64,000 nt of DNA from an uncultured Fibrobacterota bacterium (GTDB lineage Bacteria > Fibrobacterota > Chitinivibrionia > Chitinivibrionales > CAYFVL01): the NCBI GenBank assembly GCA_964586285.1, contig CAZPHU010000005.1, positions 3,813-67,812 on the forward strand, read 5' to 3'. Below are positions 38,614 to 47,752 of this stretch, piece after piece. The translations under genes were made by a program, and so were the position numbers. The notes beneath the pieces were generated by a model. The model was not told the DNA's origin. It searched no databases and saw only the letters and a program-made list of their open reading frames with translations. Position 1 is the stretch's first letter; every line of letters starts with the position of its first letter.

Positions 38614-40350
38614 ATGATTGTTGGGAAAAGACTGAAAAAACTTCCTGTAATTGTAGGTGTTGATGCGGAAAAATGCGTCAATTGCCATGCCTGCATAACA
38701 GCCTGTCCGGTCAAGTATTGTAACGACGGCAGCGGCGACTTTGTAAGTGTAAATCCATACATGTGTATAGGATGCGGTAATTGTATAAAAAAGTGCACCC
38801 ACGGTGCCAGGTATATGGTGGATGATTTTGATCTTTTCATGGAAGATCTTGCGGCCGGGGAGAATATCATTCTTATCGTCGCACCTTCTGTAGTGGCGAA
38901 TTTTCCCAATGATTATTTGCATTTAAACGGGTGGTTTAAAAGCCTTGGGGTAAAAGCGGTATTTGATGTGAGTTTCGGTGCGGAGTTGACTGTAAAGTCT
39001 TACATAGATCTTCTTCAGAAACAAAATTCTCCCGAAACGATTATCTCCCAGCCGTGTCCTGCAATAGTAACATATATTCAGATGTATATCCCTGAGCTTC
39101 TAAATAACCTGGCTCCGGTAGACAGTCCGATGCTTCACACCATGCGAATGATCAAAAAGTACTTTCCCGAGTATGCCGAGTGTAAAATAGCCGCTCTATC
39201 GCCATGTCTGGCCAAAAAGAGAGAATTCTTCGAAACTGGAATGGGAAATTATAATATCGGCTTCAAATCGATACGTACCTGGTTGGAAAAACATGAGGTT
39301 AATCTCTGCGATTATTCACCCGATGATTATATCAATCCACCCGCTGAGAGGGCGGTTGGCTTTTCAAGCCCCGGAGGTCTTCTTAAAACTGCCGAACGCT
39401 GGGTTCCCGGCATAACGGAACAGTCACGAAAAATAGAGGGAACCGAAAACATCTATAGCTATCTTGATAAGTTATCAGAGTCGATTTTAAACCAAACAGC
39501 TCCTGTTCTGATCGACTGTCTTAACTGCGAGCGCGGTTGTAACGGCGGACCTCTGACGGTTACCGACAACGCTCCCCTTGACGACATGGAGAAAGTTGTT
39601 TCCAGACGCTTACAACAGGCTGTGGATTCGTATGAAGAAGGTGAAGTTGAGCAAGAAACTCAGCTGTCAGTTGACAGAATTGATGAGGTACTGAAACAGT
39701 ATTGGGAAAACGGACTCTATCGACGCAACTATTCGGATCTAAGTATTAACAATCGCATAATTGTTCCCTCCGAGGAGGAACTTAAAAAGATCTATAAACT
39801 GATGCGTAAAACTTGCGATGCTGACTTTTACAACTGCAGCTCCTGTGGATACGGTACCTGCGAACAAATGGCAATCGCCATATATAACGGATTGAACCGC
39901 CCCGAAAACTGTCATTTCTACCTTGCCGCCGAAGCTACGATGCAAACCGCGGAGATCTCGGAAAATGAAAAGCGACTCCGAACAATACTATCTTCCACAT
40001 CCGCAGGTTTTTGCCTTGCGGATGAAGATTACAGGCTTATTGTTGTGAACTCCGCCTTCTGCGACTATATGGGAATGGAAAGAGAAAAGCTTCTTGGTAC
40101 TACATTCCTGACCAAACAGTTTAAGCGCTGTTCGGCGGGTAATCCATATTCTTCGGAAATAAAGATCAGCCGTCCGAATGGAACCGCTGCCTACTATCTT
40201 TTCATCGCCAATCCATATATAGACGAAAACAAGGAGACAGTCGGATATTTTGCTTTGGTTGTAGATGTAAACAGATATAAGAACAATAAATCAACTACCG
40301 CAGGCACGAACGTGCCTAAGTCAAAGCCGCATAGCGACCTTCTAGCATAA
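38614..40350 (+). CDS. Sensory-type [FeFe]-hydrogenase-like protein (2x[4Fe-4S] ferredoxin + H-cluster domain + Cx2Cx4Cx16C + PAS)
   Basis: 578 aa. 'CVNCHACITACP' and 'CIGCGNCIKKC'. H-domain motifs are 'SQPCP' (vs TSCCP), 'SPCLAKKRE' (vs MPCxxKxxE) and 'CLNCERGCNGG' (vs CxxGCxxGG). 'CSSCGYGTC-x16-C' spans residues 408-433. C-terminal PAS 'LRTILSSTSAGFCLADEDYRLIVVNSAFCDYMG'. Confidence 0.85.
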   Translation: MIVGKRLKKLPVIVGVDAEKCVNCHACITACPVKYCNDGSGDFVSVNPYMCIGCGNCIKKCTHGARYMVDDFDLFMEDLAAGENIILIVAPSVVANFPNDYLHLNGWFKSLGVKAVFDVSFGAELTVKSYIDLLQKQNSPETIISQPCPAIVTYIQMYIPELLNNLAPVDSPMLHTMRMIKKYFPEYAECKIAALSPCLAKKREFFETGMGNYNIGFKSIRTWLEKHEVNLCDYSPDDYINPPAERAVGFSSPGGLLKTAERWVPGITEQSRKIEGTENIYSYLDKLSESILNQTAPVLIDCLNCERGCNGGPLTVTDNAPLDDMEKVVSRRLQQAVDSYEEGEVEQETQLSVDRIDEVLKQYWENGLYRRNYSDLSINNRIIVPSEEELKKIYKLMRKTCDADFYNCSSCGYGTCEQMAIAIYNGLNRPENCHFYLAAEATMQTAEISENEKRLRTILSSTSAGFCLADEDYRLIVVNSAFCDYMGMEREKLLGTTFLTKQFKRCSAGNPYSSEIKISRPNGTAAYYLFIANPYIDENKETVGYFALVVDVNRYKNNKSTTAGTNVPKSKPHSDLLA

Positions 40351-40385
40351 GAAAGCGGCGGTATAAACCACCGCTTTCTTATCTC
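40349..40385. terminator. Bidirectional terminator between the convergent hydrogenase-like and CotH genes
   Basis: GAAAGCGGCGG (40351-40361), loop tataaa, CCACCGCTTTC (40368-40378) with one mismatch, T-rich on both sides. Confidence 0.6.
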
Positions 40386-40458
40386 TTGCCCGGCAATACA
40401 GAAGTTTGCATCCGTTCGAGTCGGTGCATTTTTGGAACCGAAGGCCTTTTGAGTTTTT

Positions 40459-43230
40459 CTATTGACAAGAAGCTGTGAATTGCGTCAACTTTTCAGGAGA
40501 AATGGTTCTCTTAGGCTCCTTATTCCCGTCACTCCACTTCACGAACGATTTCCCCGTTGCCGGAATGACTTCCAAGGTCAAGGGAGAACCGCTGAAATAG
40601 GTTCCGGTATAAGGGTTTTCGAATATTTCCAGACCATTTATCAGAACAGCTCCATTCTCAACGTTTATGCTTAACTCGTACTCATCACCCAAATCAAAGT
40701 ATCTTTTCATTTGCTCAACAAAATATCCCTTGCGGTCCTGAGCAAATTCGTAGAGTTTATCAACTTCGTAATCCCAGTTCTTGAAACCCCACCGCTCGTA
40801 ATGACGTGATATTTCCGAACTGTAAATAGATTTAAACTCATCTATGCGCTTCTCTATCCTCTTTGTACGAAAGTTTGTATTTAGAAGCGTAGAAGTTATG
40901 GAAATAAAATCCGCCTTGAATTGTTCGTTTTGCAGCAGTGTTCTGAAAAGAAAAGTTGCATTTGCTCCATTTGGATAATCGGGTCCGATATCATTTGTAC
41001 AAAACTCAAACATATCAACATCGATATCCGAGTGTCCTTGAAATCCAAAATCGGTATCGTACAATATCCAGCGCCATTTCGAACCCGGCTGATAGGATCT
41101 CCAGAACTTGATGTTATTGGCGGGCCAGTCGGTATTTCCATAGAACATTTCCGAAGCCATATAAGTAGCATAGTTTAGAAGGTCAGCCTGGGATCTTACA
41201 TGTTGGTAAGGTTCATCTTTACTGATATCGTTTGCGCTCATGTAGTTTGTGAGTTCATCATATCGGGTTCGGTTGCCTGAGGTCACATCACCGATTGCCT
41301 TGATTATATCGAAATTTCCTTCTTCCAAACCGTAATTTGTCCAGAGGTAATCTTCGTTAAGCTTTTCGCGCAGATTGTAAATACCCCAATATGCCCCGTT
41401 TATATAAACTACCACCGGTCGGTACTTCTGGTAATCAAGATCCCGATCCTCAAGTAATGAACACATTAATACGTCACGAAACCCAGTTTTCCCACAGTTA
41501 CTTCCGTTATTTCTAAGAACAAACTTTTTAAACTTATCAAGATGCGGATATTCTGGAAACAGGGTCTGCTTCAATTCCGAGACACCGTATTGCCCTCGAA
41601 AATGAACCGATAAAGACTTCTGTTCGTTTGCTCTGCTCCAGTTACCAAATATCCGCAACCCAGCGTCATGAGCAAACATTTTGCTTTTGCTCTCATCATA
41701 CATTTCCACGGAAACCGCCACCTCCTTTTCGCCCCAGAAATTTGCGCCGAAATAAGGGAATACAGGACTCGCATGTTTTCCGTAAGAATATATGCCAGTG
41801 TCGGGATCAAAAAGCTGAGAAGAATCTGTCACCAGAGATACCACAGCCATATCGGTATTCTCTCTAATAAAAACACTTGCCGTATTCACAGAAGATGAAT
41901 ACTCGCCTCTTTTATAAGCGCGGGCTCGCACGACGGCGGTGGAGTCAAGTTTGAACGGCCTTTCATAAAGTATGCTTGACGTATCCGGAACTGATCCGTC
42001 CAGCGTATAGCGAATGATTGTGTTTGCGGGGGCGGCAATTCTTATATTCACCGGTGACTGAAAAAAACCACCTCCGGGTAAAATCTCCGGGGCAGGTGTT
42101 CTTTTTGCATGGCCTTCCGTCGCATTTTTTTCACCGGGTGTGGGCTGATCCGTTATCGAAACGAGGGATGAATCGGTCAAATTCCTGCGCATTGTAAATC
42201 CGCCGGGCAAATCCCTAAGATCCATTGAGTCCACAACTTTCCCATTCGAATCGGAGAGAAAAACGGTCTCGTTTCCTCCGAGAGAAAAATTAGTGTGGAA
42301 ATGTTTTTCACAAGTGATGAAATAAAAACCTTCAACCGTAAAAGATACCGATCCGACAAAATTATCGGGATTAGCCACCTCTACGGCATAGAACTTTGTA
42401 AGATCAAGCATCCCGTCTTTAATCAAAGGAATAGTGTAGATATCGCCTTCTTTGCCCGTACCGGTCAACTCGTGCTTGTATGACATCCATTCTTCTATGC
42501 CCTGTTGGTTTATGCGGATCAAAACCTTTTTATCCTTTTCGATGTATCCTTTGAATAGCAGACGATCATATCGTGACATATTAACGGTATCTGTTTTTCG
42601 CCATCCATCCCAACCCATATGTATAACAGCTGAGCGCCAACCAAGTTGAGTGTTTTGAGCCATATTCATTGTTGCGGAGAGGACGGTATTTGTATCTCCT
42701 TCCAAAACACCACGATACCCTCTTTCAAGCCTGTAAGGCTCGATACTACTTTTCCCCAAACCACTCTGATCATCCTCATCCGCCCATGCATATGTATACC
42801 TGGTTATACCGCCAACCGTATCACCTCCCTGATCAGCTTCCCGATAATCCTTTCCTGAAGCCATTATAAGGATAAATTGTCCCGGAGCAATAACGGTATC
42901 GGGAATTGCCCATCGGGTAAGCGAGTCTCTATCGTCTGAAAGGTAGTATGAGCCCAAATCTATCGAATCATCCGACCTGTTGTACAACTCAATCCAGTCC
43001 GGATCGTCATAGTCTCTGTCTTTTAGACGCTCGTTTACAGCCGCCACTTCACTGATTATCAGGTCGGGAAACTCGTTTTTCTCTTCGACTCCCTCCACCG
43101 GATTAAAAATGAAAGGCAGCGCAGTTTCTTCTCTGTCGGTGCATGAAAAAACCAAAGCAAAACAAAAGAAAACAAAAAAACAAAGACTCAATCTTCTATT
43201 CATATATCTGAAATAAGAGGGTTGTTTCAT
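40459..43230 (-). CDS. CotH-family (atypical kinase fold) lipoprotein with lamin-tail domain and chitobiase-C/Fn3-like module
   Basis: 923 aa. Lipobox 'FALVFSC'. LTD 'LIISEVAAVN...DWIELYNRSDDSIDLGSYYLSDD'. 'IIRYTLDGSVPDTSS'. CotH core 'FVLRNNGSNCGKTGFRD...VVVYINGAYWGIYNLREK...WRWILYDTDFGF'. Confidence 0.85.
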   Translation of the reverse strand: MKQPSYFRYMNRRLSLCFFVFFCFALVFSCTDREETALPFIFNPVEGVEEKNEFPDLIISEVAAVNERLKDRDYDDPDWIELYNRSDDSIDLGSYYLSDDRDSLTRWAIPDTVIAPGQFILIMASGKDYREADQGGDTVGGITRYTYAWADEDDQSGLGKSSIEPYRLERGYRGVLEGDTNTVLSATMNMAQNTQLGWRSAVIHMGWDGWRKTDTVNMSRYDRLLFKGYIEKDKKVLIRINQQGIEEWMSYKHELTGTGKEGDIYTIPLIKDGMLDLTKFYAVEVANPDNFVGSVSFTVEGFYFITCEKHFHTNFSLGGNETVFLSDSNGKVVDSMDLRDLPGGFTMRRNLTDSSLVSITDQPTPGEKNATEGHAKRTPAPEILPGGGFFQSPVNIRIAAPANTIIRYTLDGSVPDTSSILYERPFKLDSTAVVRARAYKRGEYSSSVNTASVFIRENTDMAVVSLVTDSSQLFDPDTGIYSYGKHASPVFPYFGANFWGEKEVAVSVEMYDESKSKMFAHDAGLRIFGNWSRANEQKSLSVHFRGQYGVSELKQTLFPEYPHLDKFKKFVLRNNGSNCGKTGFRDVLMCSLLEDRDLDYQKYRPVVVYINGAYWGIYNLREKLNEDYLWTNYGLEEGNFDIIKAIGDVTSGNRTRYDELTNYMSANDISKDEPYQHVRSQADLLNYATYMASEMFYGNTDWPANNIKFWRSYQPGSKWRWILYDTDFGFQGHSDIDVDMFEFCTNDIGPDYPNGANATFLFRTLLQNEQFKADFISITSTLLNTNFRTKRIEKRIDEFKSIYSSEISRHYERWGFKNWDYEVDKLYEFAQDRKGYFVEQMKRYFDLGDEYELSINVENGAVLINGLEIFENPYTGTYFSGSPLTLEVIPATGKSFVKWSDGNKEPKRTISPEKLTQFTASCQ

Positions 43231-44717
43231 TGCACTTCTCCCGGATTACCGCCTATTTTTTCGGAACGTTTCCAATTCTTTGGCAAAGGTCCACAACCGC
43301 CCACGCGCACCAGTGAATACCCTTCGCCGTCCGCGGCCGCCGCCCAGGCCCGGCGGTCATCATACGTAATCTGGTCGACATTTGCATACACCGGTTTGTG
43401 TTCTCCACTCTCTGAGACGTAGGAATCTACAGGTTGTGCTATGCTTACAGTCTCCCCTTTATTGGATAATTTTCCAGAGTAAAAGAATACTTGTACCGAA
43501 TTCCCCCTGTATTTCTCTTTAAATAGAGTGGAATCGTTTGCGTTTACTAAAAGTATTGTTTCTTCGGCACCGATAACCATGTCTTGCGGGAAGGTGAAAT
43601 CCACTCCACGCACTTTCCAACTAAACGGCATGTATGGAGTCGTTCCAAGAACAACCGCAGTATCGCCGAGGTTGGTTATCTCAAGAAATTCAAAATTTCC
43701 GGGTGAGGGATGATACATTAGTTCCGATATGATTATGTGTCTTGAACATACTGTTGAGTCATTATGTTTTCCCGGCGTAGGTTGGGAAAGAGGCCCGACA
43801 GTAAGGCGGTCCTCAAGTATTCCGATCGACTTATCCCTGACAGCTCCGGATGTCTGCATTCCACTACAGTATCCGGTCATTTTTCCGTTTAAGGCGGATA
43901 GTAGAAAGATGCATTGTCCCGCATTTCTAAAATCCAACTCCGGCGCATCCTCGGATTTTATGACAAAGAATCCACCCGGTTTCATGACCGCATTTGACTT
44001 TACAGTATAATACTCTGAAAAATCTTTTCGTGTTGTAATAAGCCATCCCGTAATGTCAACTATCTTCGATTCACCGTTAAACAGCTCGATGAATCCGCCC
44101 GAATCATTCCAATTGGGTTTGAATTCATTTATCAATACTTTTGAATAAGGAACGGAAGGATCAGTGAATCCGGGGGAGCCCCCTGTGTCGGCGCTGTTTC
44201 TCCAGTAATCATGATAATCCTGTTTGTAAACGGGTGAATCATCTATGCTCACCAGCGAGTACCCCCTACCATCAGCGAGAACAGGCCAGGGTAGCTCATT
44301 ATCCCAGCTCATCTCCGTTATTACCGAACCGAACGGTGAAATTAACTCAATGCTTTCCCCTTCATTTGCAAGTCGTCCGGTGAAAGGCCCGGCACAAGGA
44401 CTGTTTGGGTATCGTTTCCTGTATTCTTCGGTAGAATTTGTCACCACCATATATGCTCCGGAGGATAAGACCGGAGCCTCTGGACCAAACTGAAAATCAA
44501 TACCACCCGTAATGCGGATCCCCTTAAGCTCTACATCCACATCACACACATTTCGTATTTCAACATACTCAAGGGTATCGGTCTCTGAAAACCTGTACAT
44601 TATTTCTGTGAAGGCAAGCGGCATGTCGTCATAATCCGCAGCCGTTAAACCTGGTGATGCACATTTGATAGTACAAAGATAAAGTATAACGCAAAGAAAC
44701 CGTTTTACATTTTTCAT
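43227..44717 (-). CDS. Secreted protein with three lamin-tail domains (LTD)
   Basis: 496 aa with a signal peptide. LTD starts are 'FTEIMYRF..LEYVEIRN', 'LINEFKPN...GFIELFN' and 'IISELMYHP..FEFLEITN', each followed by 'L.N.GE.i.L'. ATGA overlap with the CotH start. Confidence 0.8.
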   Translation of the reverse strand: MKNVKRFLCVILYLCTIKCASPGLTAADYDDMPLAFTEIMYRFSETDTLEYVEIRNVCDVDVELKGIRITGGIDFQFGPEAPVLSSGAYMVVTNSTEEYRKRYPNSPCAGPFTGRLANEGESIELISPFGSVITEMSWDNELPWPVLADGRGYSLVSIDDSPVYKQDYHDYWRNSADTGGSPGFTDPSVPYSKVLINEFKPNWNDSGGFIELFNGESKIVDITGWLITTRKDFSEYYTVKSNAVMKPGGFFVIKSEDAPELDFRNAGQCIFLLSALNGKMTGYCSGMQTSGAVRDKSIGILEDRLTVGPLSQPTPGKHNDSTVCSRHIIISELMYHPSPGNFEFLEITNLGDTAVVLGTTPYMPFSWKVRGVDFTFPQDMVIGAEETILLVNANDSTLFKEKYRGNSVQVFFYSGKLSNKGETVSIAQPVDSYVSESGEHKPVYANVDQITYDDRRAWAAAADGEGYSLVRVGGCGPLPKNWKRSEKIGGNPGEVQ

Positions 44718-45487
44718 TATATAGTCCTTCGGTAAAATGCCGGTGTATCGGGGCAGTCCGATTCAAACCACTCACACCTAAACACTTCATTCATGGCATT
44801 CGCGTATTTAGAAAAACTTGCTTTTTTCAGACCGAAATAGTGTATGAGATCAAAAAACCATAATGGAAAAGTTTGACGATATGTTTTTAGCTCAAGAATT
44901 ATATTACATCCGAGTGGGAAGATTTCCTCAAAGTCGTATGAGTATAGCCTGCCGTTGTCGGGGATAAGAGAATAATCATTCTGCCGGTGACATACCAGTT
45001 CCTTATCAAAAGTTATGCGGGCATATTTGTCTACTGTCGAAAACCAGGCCAGTCTTTTGTATTGCGTAAATACCTTCGGAGCACAGTTAAAAAAATGATA
45101 TTTCCCCAAGAACTCATCATCGTCCCGACTATCCAAATACTGCTGAGGTTCGCTCGTAAAAGGCACTCTTGTTTTTCTTATCACCATTCCTTCACGATAC
45201 TTTACCTCCGCAAAGTACGGCGGTAGCGGATTCTCCCCATAAGATCTCATTCTCAAGTTGAATCGCTTAGGCTCTTGCTCCACACGCCATTTCAAAAAAA
45301 GATAGTCTTCAGTATCGAAATAAAGTGAATTGATCGTATAAAAACCACCGGGTACTAACTTTGAATACGGGTCCATATCGCAATATGATTTAATAAACTC
45401 CGAGACGGGATAAACGTAGTCTTGCGGTATGAGATATTTCAGCTCATATCGTGACAGTCTTTGTTTTTCAAAGGAATGGCTATTCAT
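44717..45487 (-). CDS. VTC-domain (polyphosphate polymerase / CYTH-like tunnel) protein
   Basis: 256 aa, cytoplasmic. 'LSRYELKYLIP', 'INSLYFDT', 'FNLRMRSY', 'AEVKYREG...RKTR'. These resemble the bacterial proteins annotated as polyphosphate polymerase domain-containing. Confidence 0.75.
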   Translation of the reverse strand: MNSHSFEKQRLSRYELKYLIPQDYVYPVSEFIKSYCDMDPYSKLVPGGFYTINSLYFDTEDYLFLKWRVEQEPKRFNLRMRSYGENPLPPYFAEVKYREGMVIRKTRVPFTSEPQQYLDSRDDDEFLGKYHFFNCAPKVFTQYKRLAWFSTVDKYARITFDKELVCHRQNDYSLIPDNGRLYSYDFEEIFPLGCNIILELKTYRQTFPLWFFDLIHYFGLKKASFSKYANAMNEVFRCEWFESDCPDTPAFYRRTI

Positions 45488-46754
45488 TACCTTTTATCAC
45501 CTGAAAGTTTTTATCTAAATAGTTTTTCAGCTCACCGTTAGTGAGCATGCCGGATATATTAAGCAGCTTTACATACGCGATGTAAATATCAAACCTGAAT
45601 TCTTCTATTTCCATGGCGCTTTCAAGAATACTTTCACGAGTCTTGAGAATGAGTAAAGGATCGGTGCCGGCAACACGAAGATACTCCTTCATTTCCTCAT
45701 TTCTATTGAGATCATCGGTTCTTTTTTCCAGAATTGTTATTTGCTTGAGCATTATTTGCATATCGCTTTTAAGCTCGGTGATTCTTTGGTGAATCTCTTT
45801 TCTCTTTTCAAGGTACTTGCCTTCGTCTTTAAGTAAAGCTGCTTTACGACGATGTATATCATTCTTATCGGGAATCGGAATGGATATACCGGTACCGACA
45901 TGCATGTTTTCATAAGCGGGAGTGCGATCCTTACGTATGCCTTCATAAATTCTATGATCATATCCAAATTCTAAAAACTGAACCAGGTCTCTACCCTCCG
46001 ATCGCTCAAGTTCATAGCGGCTTTGTGATTCCTTCAACTCCCACCAGGCAAGCTGGATATGCACGTTGAGAGTATCAGGATTAATGTGCTCCAGCAAACT
46101 GTCGATGTCTCTTAGACGCACAAAATTTGTAGTATCGAAATTGTTTTCCGCTGTAAACGGACGATATTCGGATATCTCCCTGATTATGTCTTCAAGTTTT
46201 TTTTCGTTACGGATAATTTGCAGACGCATTTTCGTGAGTTCATCCTGAGCCTCAACAAGGTTTGAAAAATCAAAATCCTCCTCATTCATTCTGCTTCTGT
46301 AAACAGTAATTTTGTCCTCGTATACTTCCCTAAGCTCAAGCCTGTGGCGCATCTCTATTCTCTTGTGAATAAGCTCCAGAACCAATTTATAACGATCATA
46401 GAGCTTTTCATTCAACATTTCTTTTTCGGCCCACCGATGATAATGGAGTCTGTTGTGCGACAACCTTTTTCCGGTAAAAGTCTCTCCTAAACCGCGCATC
46501 TCCAAGCGGGCCGCGAATTTATGTCTATTGACATCCAGCCCGTCCAAGTCATATCGAAGCTCCACTCCGTCAAGAAATGGGACTGACCACAAGGAATTCT
46601 CAAGATAAGCTACTGTTTTTCTTCGGCTTTCCAGTCGCATGTCCTCATCGGCTCCCGCCAAAAAAGACTCAACCGCAACAGTTTGTGCATCACTGCCAAA
46701 AACTAATCCCAGAAGTATAAGAACTTTCAACCTTATCATATCTCTTTTCGCCAC
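45480..46754 (-). CDS. Putative outer-membrane factor (TolC-like) protein
   Basis: 424 aa. Signal peptide 'MIRLKVLILLGLVFGSDAQ' and long helical, charged repeats. The assignment rests on composition and context only. Confidence 0.45.
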   Translation of the reverse strand: MAKRDMIRLKVLILLGLVFGSDAQTVAVESFLAGADEDMRLESRRKTVAYLENSLWSVPFLDGVELRYDLDGLDVNRHKFAARLEMRGLGETFTGKRLSHNRLHYHRWAEKEMLNEKLYDRYKLVLELIHKRIEMRHRLELREVYEDKITVYRSRMNEEDFDFSNLVEAQDELTKMRLQIIRNEKKLEDIIREISEYRPFTAENNFDTTNFVRLRDIDSLLEHINPDTLNVHIQLAWWELKESQSRYELERSEGRDLVQFLEFGYDHRIYEGIRKDRTPAYENMHVGTGISIPIPDKNDIHRRKAALLKDEGKYLEKRKEIHQRITELKSDMQIMLKQITILEKRTDDLNRNEEMKEYLRVAGTDPLLILKTRESILESAMEIEEFRFDIYIAYVKLLNISGMLTNGELKNYLDKNFQVIKGNE

Positions 46755-46758
46755 CTTT

Positions 46759-47742
46759 TTACTTACTGCTGATTATTACTTTCTCTCCCAGAAGAAACCT
46801 GTTGCGCTCAGGTATCCTAATAGAAACTTCCCTACCCCAAACCGATATGTCCGGACGGCTTCTCAATCGTAGAGGAAATTCCACGATCCGCGCCCCCACT
46901 CCAACCACTTCTCCGGTCACGAAATTGTGGTTATCGGCAACAGACTTAACCGATACCACATCACCCCTTTGAATACTGCTGTAGATTTTCTCGTGAATGT
47001 AGCCGCGGATAATTTCGGGGGTCTGTGAATGAACCGTCATTATCGGTTCAAATGCCGAAACCTTTTCACCAACGCCATAATTTACCGATCCCACCACTCC
47101 ATTTATCACCGAGGTTAAAACCAGATTTCGGAGCTGCGTCACAATAAGATCTTTCTCTCTACTTAAGTTTTGAATCCTTACCTTTTGAGTCTCCGCCTTT
47201 TCTCCCCTACTCTTTTTCAGAATTTCAATCTGATATCTCATCGATTGCTCTTCCAACTGTAGTTGCTTTTGATAATTTGAGATTTTTTTCATTAAAGGAT
47301 TCTCCGAATCATCCATCACAACCGGTTGCGTTATGCTTTCGAGTCTGGATGTAAGCTCAAGATTTTTGCGCATTTTCCTTTCAAGCTCGTCAATAGAGTA
47401 TTGGATTTCGCTTTTTTTCTTTACGAAATCGGCCCTTACGGCAGCTATCCTCGACTGAAGTTCATCCCCGTCTATATTCTTGAAAGTTGCATAGTTATTC
47501 AGTTGCTGTTCGATGATCGCCAATTTAAGGCGAAGCTCCGGCATATCCAAAAGGGCCAAAGTATCACCGATTGATATTGATTGACCGGGTATGGCGGTTA
47601 CCTGCTTTACTTCGACCGCCTTCTCGAAATTCAGTTTCGTTTCGCGGCTTTCGGCGATTCCGTAAAACTGTGCCCTCTCCGAACTGAACCGACTCGACAT
47701 ACCGATCAACACCAACACGGCAGTAAGCCAGATTAAGATCAT
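46759..47742 (-). CDS. HlyD-like membrane-fusion (periplasmic adaptor) protein
   Basis: 327 aa. N-terminal TM 'MILIWLTAVLVLIG', lipoyl-like 'VTAIPGQSISIGDTLALLD', a ~150-aa coiled coil, and a C-terminal beta region 'GVVGSVNYGVGEKVSAFEPIMTV...GYIHE'. Confidence 0.7.
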   Translation of the reverse strand: MILIWLTAVLVLIGMSSRFSSERAQFYGIAESRETKLNFEKAVEVKQVTAIPGQSISIGDTLALLDMPELRLKLAIIEQQLNNYATFKNIDGDELQSRIAAVRADFVKKKSEIQYSIDELERKMRKNLELTSRLESITQPVVMDDSENPLMKKISNYQKQLQLEEQSMRYQIEILKKSRGEKAETQKVRIQNLSREKDLIVTQLRNLVLTSVINGVVGSVNYGVGEKVSAFEPIMTVHSQTPEIIRGYIHEKIYSSIQRGDVVSVKSVADNHNFVTGEVVGVGARIVEFPLRLRSRPDISVWGREVSIRIPERNRFLLGEKVIISSK

Positions 47743-47752
47743 CCGTTTGATA

